DNA from: Bdellovibrionota bacterium | GTDB lineage: Bacteria > Bdellovibrionota > UBA1018 > UBA923 | NCBI GenBank assembly: GCA_040754655.1 | Contig: JBFMCE010000106.1 | Coordinates: forward strand, 1 to 11,782 | DNA length: 11,782 nucleotides | Direction: 5' to 3' | Made by a program: the position numbers and the translations under genes | The notes under the pieces: model-generated | The model's database searches: none | What the model saw: only the letters and a program-made list of their open reading frames with translations | What the model was told of the DNA's origin: nothing | Part shown: positions 1 through 7,520 of the stretch, piece after piece | Layout: each line of letters opens with the position of its first letter | Numbering within the stretch: position 1 is the first letter of the stretch

Positions 1-1183
<1,183 letters not shown>

Positions 1184-1187
<4 letters not shown>

Positions 1188-1891
1188 GTGAACACCTTAT
1201 AAAGATCAAAATAGATGATTATTGGCATGAGGAAAAAGCCTAAAGTCAAAAACATCGCCAGAACCAAGCCCGTCTTATATAAAGGGCGAGACAAGCCAGC
1301 ATAACCCACGGACGTCGATTGAAGCGCGCTCCAAAACCCATGACGAACGTGAAGCCCCAGGAAAAGCATCACGCCCGCATAAAGAGCCGCGAAGAAGGGA
1401 TTCTTGAACGTTTCAAAAACCAAGCGGTGCATGTCTCGCAACTCACGGTCTTGCACGACCGCGACATAACCGTCTTTAATGCTCGGCCCGTATTTGAATT
1501 GGAGGATGTGCAAAACCAAAAACCCAAGCAACACCACGCCAGAGACGATCATATACCGAGAGCTTGCATTTGATTTGCTGGGTCCCCCCTTAGAGCGCAG
1601 CATGGCGTACTGCTGAGGACCTCGTGCGGCGCGGTTCAACAAGCGAAGCCTGATCGCGACGGCGACGTGAACAATGACCGTGGCGAGCAACCCCAGCTCC
1701 AGTACATTGAGGATCCAACCCAAATTCTCCATCGACTCGGTATAAACGTTGAAGGCTTCGGCATTGTTCGTGTAGAGCGGCAGATTTCCCAGAAGATGGG
1801 CGACCACGAAGAAGACCAGCCCAAATCCGGTCAATGCCATGAGCAATTTTTTTCCGACAGAGGAAGTGAAGAGTTTCTTGAGAGGAAGCAT
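1184..1891 (-). CDS. sdhC: Succinate dehydrogenase cytochrome b558 membrane anchor (single large subunit, 235 aa)
   Basis: [14 protein letters not shown]-terminus and about five hydrophobic helices. His ligands in AHLLGN, IVHVAVA, VLHILQF and GLHVRHG. Start moved from the track's 1915 to ATG 1891, which has a GGAG SD at 1905-1902. Lies directly upstream of sdhA. Confidence 0.95.
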
Positions 1892-2017
1892 AGGTGTCTG
1901 GCTCCAAAATCCCAAATTTTAACGAGACTGCGCGTCTACCCGTCAGCGGCGCTTTTCGCAGCAGCCCCAAAGCATGGATCGATTTTTAAAGACTCTTAGG
2001 ATTCGGTTGGCAGGATA

Positions 2018-2959
2018 TCAGTAGATCTTCTGGCCTTCAAGCACGTCTTTCAGCGCCGCAACGAGATCTTCTTCGTAAGGAAGCGGTTTCATCTCTGAGA
2101 TCGCAAGATAAGCTTCTTTCGGCGTCTTGCCTTCAAAAGTGACATAGCGGTCGTAGAGGTTTGCCAGTCCTACGACTTGAAAGATTTGATCGAGTTTCTT
2201 CACACCCGACGGAAATCCTCTGCCATCAAGCCGCTCTTCATGAAGCAAAATAATATCAAGCACGTCTCGTGAGATGTGTTTCTTGTCCAACAGTCGCCCG
2301 GCGCCCGCCCTAGGGTGTTGCAAATAATGCTCGTGCTCTTCGGGCGTCATTTGGTCGACAGGTTTTGGAGGAGCGTTGGGATCGCTTTGCCCCGAAACCG
2401 CCGTACGGCCGAGATCGTGCAGTAGCGCGCCCGTTCCTATGACTTCCCGCACTTTCTCTGGAGCCTCAAGGGCAGTAGCGATGCCGATCGCAATGGTCGC
2501 GACATTGACCGAATGTTGGTAAGTGGTCTTATCGAAACTTGCGACCTTGAGCATGTCTGCGATCGCCTCAGGTTGCTTTTGAAGCAGAGCGACCTGGTTT
2601 GCGGCCGCGGCCTGGGTAGCAAGATAGTTTTCTTTTTTTTCAGGATCTGTGAACATGCTTTCGACGGCCGCCTTCGATTGGCCGGTGATGATCGCGGCCT
2701 TCACCTGGTTGGGCATCGAAGCGTCATTCAGAGCGAGTGTGGCGCTTTTCTTCAGAAACCTTTCATAAGCTTCGAAGTCTTTGGATTCGACGTATAAGGT
2801 TCGGACATTTTTCGCTTTGAGCCTTTCAAGCCTCTCTGGCTCGATATTGTCGTTGCGGTTCACGTAAAGCAGATGTTTGCCTGAAATCAGAAGATAGACG
2901 TCAAACCCCAAAGTGATATGGGGGCGCAGTGTTGCGGTACTCACTTGTACGAAGTTCAT
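2018..2959 (-). CDS. HD-GYP domain protein with non-canonical motifs (313 aa)
   Basis: Motifs YQHSVNVA, LLHDLG, LQHP, HEERLDGRGFP and GLANLYD are recognisable HD-GYP elements with substitutions. The N-terminal region (STATLRP..FDVYL...LYV..ERLERLK) resembles Bdellovibrio-type HD-GYP N-termini. ATGA overlap with the upstream gene at 2956-2959. Confidence 0.9.
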   Translation of the reverse strand: MNFVQVSTATLRPHITLGFDVYLLISGKHLLYVNRNDNIEPERLERLKAKNVRTLYVESKDFEAYERFLKKSATLALNDASMPNQVKAAIITGQSKAAVESMFTDPEKKENYLATQAAAANQVALLQKQPEAIADMLKVASFDKTTYQHSVNVATIAIGIATALEAPEKVREVIGTGALLHDLGRTAVSGQSDPNAPPKPVDQMTPEEHEHYLQHPRAGAGRLLDKKHISRDVLDIILLHEERLDGRGFPSGVKKLDQIFQVVGLANLYDRYVTFEGKTPKEAYLAISEMKPLPYEEDLVAALKDVLEGQKIY

Positions 2960-4284
2960 AACTCTTGATCTACAGAAACCTTTTCAACGATGCTCTTAAG
3001 ATCAAGAACCGTTGTGGAATCTTCCTCTGAAACTTCACTGAACTCAACAACGCCAGAGATCTCATCGACCGGCACGCTGAACACGAGCTGTTCATCCGGA
3101 TTCGCACCCGGATGGGTCAGAACGACGACCCAGTTCGCATGAGGCCCAGCCTCGGATTCCACTAAGGGAACGAGGCCCCCTTGCGAATAACGCCCGCCCC
3201 CGACTGAAATCACGCCCAACCATCCGTCTCTAGAGCACGGCAGGGCTAAGACCCGTGGTTTTCTCAAAATCTCGGCGACGGACTCGCAAGGGATCAAGAT
3301 CTTGCGGCCTGCCAAGAGAACGCTTAAAAAATACGGGACCTTGTTCGTTTGCGTCGCGTTTTGAAGTGGATTCAATCCTGTGCCTTGATGGTCTGAAAAT
3401 ACTTGTGCTGACGGGACTTTGGCATCGAACTGAGTTGATTTGGCAGTGAACGGAGAAGCGGATTCGCGCTTTCTTTTTTTCCCGGCGATTGACCTGGCTT
3501 TTGAAGTGATCTTCGACAGGGCCGCCGGCTTTTTTGCGTTAAGATACGCCGTACGGGAATTCCGCACCTCTATGCAACAACCAAAAAAGAAACTTAAAAG
3601 CTCGTCATCGCAAACAAGTATGCCTCGGTGGATGAGTTGCAAAAGATCTTCTATCGCATGAGTGACTTCAAACAGCTCTTCAAAACCTAATGCCGAAGCG
3701 TTTCCCTTGAGCGTATGGATCACACGAAAAAATTCTTCCAGAAGCAACCGGTCAGCAAGCGCGCTTAAACCGCGCTCGGAAAAACTTTTTTGAAACTGCG
3801 AAAGCTTTGAGAAGAACCCCTCACGATCGTCGAGAAACATTATTCTATAGTCGTCAACGGGCGAACTGGGCTTTGAAGCCGCTTTCTTTTCAACCTGGCC
3901 GAGAATGACCCGCCTCAATTCAGACAAGACTTTGGCCAACGGCCCTGCGACCACACCTGAGTTTCCGATGTGATTGATGGCGTACCGAAACGTATTGACG
4001 CATTGGAGCAACAGAGCTCCGATTTTCTCATCCTGAGCGACTTGTTTTGCTTCGAGAGCATGAAGGAGTTTTTCGCACGAAGTGAGCGTCGAGGTGATTT
4101 CATCGAACTCGCGCAATGCCGCGCAACTCATGCGAATGGTCTGAACCCGATCGAGAAGTTTCGTAAAATCGCCTTGAGCTTCAGCGTCGTTGGGAGAAAG
4201 TCCGAGCACGATTCTCTCAAGCTCTTCGAGCAAGGGCTGGGTCTGCTCGATCACCGCTTGCCGCTGAACCCTTTCAAGCTGCAT
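2956..4284 (-). CDS. Hpt(degenerate)-Hpt-CheW protein, CheA-like but lacking dimerisation and HATPase domains (~442 aa)
   Basis: Canonical P1/Hpt motif FFRVIHTLKGNASALGF..HAIEDLL (His codon 3717-3715). An earlier paralogous segment reads LLDRVQTIRMSCAAL..TSCEKLL. C-terminal CheW-like domain: LSVLLAGRKILIPCESVAEIL..LPCSRDGWLGVISV..LVPLV..SVPVDEISGV. ATG 4284 is preferred over the track's TTG 4329 because it gives an 11-nt overlap with the cheW stop. Confidence 0.85.
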   Translation of the reverse strand: MQLERVQRQAVIEQTQPLLEELERIVLGLSPNDAEAQGDFTKLLDRVQTIRMSCAALREFDEITSTLTSCEKLLHALEAKQVAQDEKIGALLLQCVNTFRYAINHIGNSGVVAGPLAKVLSELRRVILGQVEKKAASKPSSPVDDYRIMFLDDREGFFSKLSQFQKSFSERGLSALADRLLLEEFFRVIHTLKGNASALGFEELFEVTHAIEDLLQLIHRGILVCDDELLSFFFGCCIEVRNSRTAYLNAKKPAALSKITSKARSIAGKKRKRESASPFTAKSTQFDAKVPSAQVFSDHQGTGLNPLQNATQTNKVPYFLSVLLAGRKILIPCESVAEILRKPRVLALPCSRDGWLGVISVGGGRYSQGGLVPLVESEAGPHANWVVVLTHPGANPDEQLVFSVPVDEISGVVEFSEVSEEDSTTVLDLKSIVEKVSVDQEL

Positions 4285-4732
4285 TCTTCTCTCGCTTCGT
4301 CGGTGTTGAAGTTGCAGGTTCGCGGTCAAATGTGGCTCCTAACCACTGGTGCAACTGAAGGTGAAGTGCTTGGTCTCCATCCGCGTCTTGCGCAAGCCCC
4401 ACGATTTCAGGCGGCGCAGACTCGGGACGAGGCAAGAGAGTCTCGCTCAAAAAAACGCGAACAGGTCCTGGCACTGCTACGGCGACAAGACCAAATGGGG
4501 CATCTTGAATCGAACAGATGAAAAAAGTGCCCTCTTTAGGGTTGATGTTGGCGGAATGAAACACATTGTAGACGGGCAATACTTTCCCGCTCCAGTGCAC
4601 GATTCCGGTGATGTGCTCTGGCAGACCTGGATAAGTCGTAAAAGGGCAGGCCGAGGTCACTGCAAGAAGCTCTGCAGAATCCACGACATACGCTGCTCCA
4701 TCGAGTTCAAAACGAATCATTTGCGCCTTCAT
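4274..4732 (-). CDS. cheW: CheW-like adaptor protein (152 aa)
   Basis: IRFELDGAAYVVDSAELLAV..TTYPGLPEHITGIVHWSGKVLPVYNV matches the CheW pattern (F.l..e.y......V.EV....T.vP..p..i.GvinlRG.iiPv). AGGGA SD-like sequence upstream. The sequence is divergent. Confidence 0.8.
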   Translation of the reverse strand: MKAQMIRFELDGAAYVVDSAELLAVTSACPFTTYPGLPEHITGIVHWSGKVLPVYNVFHSANINPKEGTFFICSIQDAPFGLVAVAVPGPVRVFLSETLLPRPESAPPEIVGLAQDADGDQALHLQLHQWLGATFDREPATSTPTKREKNAA

Positions 4733-4747
4733 GACATCCCTGTAGAC

Positions 4748-4776
4748 GTATCGGAAGGAAGGCGGAGGAAAATGAG
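4748..4776 (-). promoter_or_regulatory. Possible sigma-28 (FliA)-type promoter for the cheW cassette
   Basis: Minus strand TCCGATAC (4755-4748) resembles the sigma-28 -10 GCCGATAA and lies 15 nt before the cheW ATG. The -35 candidate CTCATT (4776-4771) is a poor match. Confidence 0.3.
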
Positions 4777-4797
4777 TTTACAGAGTAGAGGCTATTT

Positions 4798-5910
4798 TCA
4801 CCCCGCAAAAACCCGGTGCGGTCGGTGTTCGCCCACCCACTGCTCAAGCGAAGCATGGGCTCTCCCTTCACCGTCGTAGTTGAGCAGCGCAAATGTGAGT
4901 TTGTAGCCGCTTCCGATGCCACGCAGATCAAGATGGATCATCTTCGTCCATGTGCCGGTGTTGATGTAAGTCTTGCCGTCGGGGTAAACCTTGAACATCG
5001 GGTGGTGCGTGTGCCCCATGATCACCGTGTGCACATCGGGGCGGTTCTCTAAGATCTCGCGGGCGTCGCTTTCAAGGTCTTGCAAGAAAGTCGTGCTCTC
5101 TTGCTGGAAAATCTTCAACGTGACCGTGAACCGGCTTCTACGCTGCGGGCTATAAATAAACCTTGTTTTCATGAAGTAAAACACAGAGAGAAACATGAAC
5201 TTCAACGTGAACCACGTGTCAAAGAGCATTCCCCACAAGAACATCGCCTTCACCGGACGCACCTTATCGACGTAGTCGCGCTCCCATTTGAAGCGATTCA
5301 CGATCTTCAAGACGTAAAAGCTTCCCCACGGGATATTCAACACCGGCTGCTGCAAACCTTCAGTCAGCAATGGGCTCTCATAATTGAAGACGTGCACGGC
5401 CTCAAACTGATTGCCGTGATGGATTTGCACTCCTCCATCAAGTTCGAGCACGGAACTCACGTGGTTCACCCGCACCTTCGGGCTCGGGTACCTGCCTTCA
5501 GGATCAACCACGCGGATGAACCTCTCGCGCACCTTCGGGAAAAAAAAATCAGCGTCGTGGTTGCCGATATTGTAAGTGATCTCTTTGCCAGGCTTCGAGG
5601 CAAACCGTTTAAGCGCGTCAATGACCTTCGGGTGGCCTGCCAAGATGCACTCTAGTTTGTAGAGCGCAAATTGCTCGGTGATGACTTCTTCAAACTCGCC
5701 TTTGTACGGCACGTTCAAAAAGTCAAAATAATCGCCGTTGATGATCAGCTCGACCTCGCACCCATCCCCGTATTTGCCTGTCGAGAAATACTCAAAGAAT
5801 TCGACCATCTCATCGTCAAAGAAGAAGTCTTCGTGCGGATTCTTCTCGCTCTCAAAATGCAGTCCTGCTGAAAGATGGCAATCGCTGATGACGAGTTTAA
5901 TCTTGTTCAT
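4798..5910 (-). CDS. Calcineurin-like metallophosphoesterase (LpxH-like fold, function unassigned; ~370 aa)
   Basis: All five motifs are present: ISDCHL, NGDYFD, GNHD, HHGNQ and GHTH. Start ATG 5910 is preferred over 5919 because a perfect TATAAT (5923-5918) overlaps the 5919 codon and ends 7 nt before 5910. Confidence 0.9.
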   Translation of the reverse strand: MNKIKLVISDCHLSAGLHFESEKNPHEDFFFDDEMVEFFEYFSTGKYGDGCEVELIINGDYFDFLNVPYKGEFEEVITEQFALYKLECILAGHPKVIDALKRFASKPGKEITYNIGNHDADFFFPKVRERFIRVVDPEGRYPSPKVRVNHVSSVLELDGGVQIHHGNQFEAVHVFNYESPLLTEGLQQPVLNIPWGSFYVLKIVNRFKWERDYVDKVRPVKAMFLWGMLFDTWFTLKFMFLSVFYFMKTRFIYSPQRRSRFTVTLKIFQQESTTFLQDLESDAREILENRPDVHTVIMGHTHHPMFKVYPDGKTYINTGTWTKMIHLDLRGIGSGYKLTFALLNYDGEGRAHASLEQWVGEHRPHRVFAG

Positions 5911-5917
5911 CGTTTTC

Positions 5918-5940
5918 ATTATATCTTAAAATAAGATCTA
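5918..5940. promoter_or_regulatory. Putative bidirectional sigma-70 promoter / palindrome between divergent genes
   Basis: Imperfect palindrome TA-T-ATCTTA-AAA-TAAGAT-C-TA (5920-5940). Minus strand: TATAAT 5923-5918, then 7 nt to ATG 5910. Plus strand: TAAGAT 5932-5937, then 6 nt to ATG 5944; TAAAAT also occurs at 5927-5932. Confidence 0.55.
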
Positions 5941-5943
5941 CTC

Positions 5944-7185
5944 ATGTTACCAGTGTTCCAGACGCTATTTCGACTCTTCCCGATTTCAAGTGCGCTTTCT
6001 TGCCTGCTTGCTCTCTGCTGCTTGCACGCACAGGCCTTCAATCCCATCACCGACCGAATCCGAGTGCTCGTTCCCCTGGCAGCATCGGCCTCTTTTGATC
6101 AGGCTTTAGCGGAGGTCGTGCGCGAGTTCAATTCCAAGCAAAACAGGTTCGAGGTCGATCTCTCACGACCCGGAAGTACATTTCAATGCCTACGGGCAAT
6201 TATTGCTTCCCACTATGCCAATGACCTGCCCGACCTCGCCGTAGTGAACGAGGCCGACATCAAAGTGTTGCAAGAGTTTGCGATCTTGCAACCTTTTGAA
6301 CGCGCATGGATCTCGAAGAAGAGATTTTTAGAGCACCTCAGTCACCGATCAAAATGCGGCGCCCACTCTAACCAAAATTGCTCTATTCCCTTTCAACGTT
6401 CGGTCGCGGTTTGGTATTTCAATCAAGAAGCCCTCTTTCGCCTGAAACAAGAACCAGGTTCCATCCCAACGGATTGGGCTCGATTGAGCGCTTTATCTCA
6501 AAGGCTTCACAAGCCCAATGAGCTTTGGGGACTAGGCATCGCAGGCACTGGAGAAACTGCGATCACCCGATGGACCGCGCTCGGGCTTAAGCTCGAAGAA
6601 TCTGCAAATGATGCCGCGGTCGACTGGGTGAAACGGATGTGGGACTCGCAGGGAAATTGGTTGCCTGGGAGCCCCAGCGTCAACGAAGTTACAAAACGAT
6701 TCATGGAACAGCGCGCGGTCATCTTGCTGGGCGCGCTCGACCAGTGGAGTTACTTCAAGCACAACGCCCCCTTTCGTTTTGGAGTGGCCTTGAGCGAACC
6801 CCAACCCAAATGGTTCGGGACAGACATGGTCTTGCTTTCTACCGGGAAAAAAACCGCCTGGGCCCGCGAATTCTTAGACTATTTGTATCGTCCTGAAATC
6901 GCTTTGAGGCTTTTTAAAACCGCGACCACGCTGCCAGTGGCCCGAGAATACCTAGAGAATAGTGGATGGAAAGCAGAGATCCATTCAAACCCCATATTGA
7001 AATCTTTGAGTGAAAAACGTTTAACTCCTTCTCACCTCGCTAAAATAGCGCCCCAGGTGCGCGAAGAATGGTCTGCTGCTCTCTGGCAAGCCATCGAGCA
7101 GCCAACTGAGCCATCGTTGCGCGCAGGCAAGACCGCCGAACTGCGCACGTCATTACAAAAAATATTGTCAACAAATCAGCGCTAA
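5944..7185 (+). CDS. ABC-type extracellular solute-binding protein, sugar/glycerol-3-phosphate (family 1, UgpB-like) type (413 aa)
   Basis: Signal peptide (..LLALCCLHAQA|F). Family-1 SBP motifs: VVREFNSKQ..EV, NDLPDLAVV, SIPFQRSVAVWYFNQEALF, PTDW..L and AREFLDYL..PE. Confidence 0.8.
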   Translation: MLPVFQTLFRLFPISSALSCLLALCCLHAQAFNPITDRIRVLVPLAASASFDQALAEVVREFNSKQNRFEVDLSRPGSTFQCLRAIIASHYANDLPDLAVVNEADIKVLQEFAILQPFERAWISKKRFLEHLSHRSKCGAHSNQNCSIPFQRSVAVWYFNQEALFRLKQEPGSIPTDWARLSALSQRLHKPNELWGLGIAGTGETAITRWTALGLKLEESANDAAVDWVKRMWDSQGNWLPGSPSVNEVTKRFMEQRAVILLGALDQWSYFKHNAPFRFGVALSEPQPKWFGTDMVLLSTGKKTAWAREFLDYLYRPEIALRLFKTATTLPVAREYLENSGWKAEIHSNPILKSLSEKRLTPSHLAKIAPQVREEWSAALWQAIEQPTEPSLRAGKTAELRTSLQKILSTNQR

Positions 7186-7193
7186 GTTAGAAC
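7165..7193 (+). promoter_or_regulatory. Possible sigma-70 promoter for ferredoxin
   Basis: TTGTCA (7165-7170), N17, TAGAAC (7188-7193), overlapping the end of the SBP gene. The -10 lacks the conserved final T. Confidence 0.3.
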
Positions 7194-7203
7194 CGGAAGA
7201 CCT

Positions 7204-7437
7204 ATGGCTGACAAATCAAAGAAATGGCCTGATAATTCTGTCGGCAAGTACTACGTCGATGACCAGTGCATCGACTGTGATGCCTGCAGAACTGAAGCGC
7301 CAGACAACTTTACCCGAAACGATTCTCATGGCTATTCTTATGTGTACAAACAGCCAAGCTCGCCGGAAGAAGAAGGAAGAGCGAAATTAGCCATGGAAGC
7401 CTGCCCGGTAGAAGCCATTGGTTGCGACGGCCCTTAG
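7204..7437 (+). CDS. Single-cluster [4Fe-4S]/[3Fe-4S] ferredoxin (77 aa)
   Basis: YVDDQCIDCDAC (CxxCxxC) plus distal ACPVEAIG. Small acidic protein. GGAAG upstream. Confidence 0.95.
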   Translation: MADKSKKWPDNSVGKYYVDDQCIDCDACRTEAPDNFTRNDSHGYSYVYKQPSSPEEEGRAKLAMEACPVEAIGCDGP

Positions 7438-7462
7438 TGCTACCTTGTTCAGTGGCACTTTT
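7436..7462 (+). terminator. Possible weak intrinsic terminator after ferredoxin
   Basis: Stem AGTGCTAC (7436-7443) / GTGGCACT (7452-7459) with one G-U pair, 8-nt loop and only a short T run (7459-7462). The left arm overlaps the stop codon. Confidence 0.4.
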
Positions 7463-7520
7463 GGCTTGAAGCTTTGTCAGACTGCCAGGCTTTGCGTCAT
7501 TGAACACTGATGAGGCCGAA

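Noticed and set aside
2956..4284. Calling the Hpt-CheW gene cheA or a frameshifted cheA pseudogene
   Set aside because: No kinase motifs found in this frame or the supplied alternative-frame ORFs, and no room for them. The frame is intact and coupled to both neighbours.
3970..4879. Long plus-strand ORFs 3970-4521 (183 aa) and 4349-4879 (176 aa)
   Set aside because: Antisense to the Hpt-CheW and cheW genes. No motifs.
5080..5655. 191-aa plus-strand ORF
   Set aside because: Antisense shadow of the metallophosphoesterase, with the His/Arg/Leu-rich composition typical of reverse frames.
4798..5910. Calling the metallophosphoesterase lpxH
   Set aside because: It has GNHD instead of GNRD, is longer than typical LpxH, and there are no lipid A genes nearby. 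The gene symbol is not justified.
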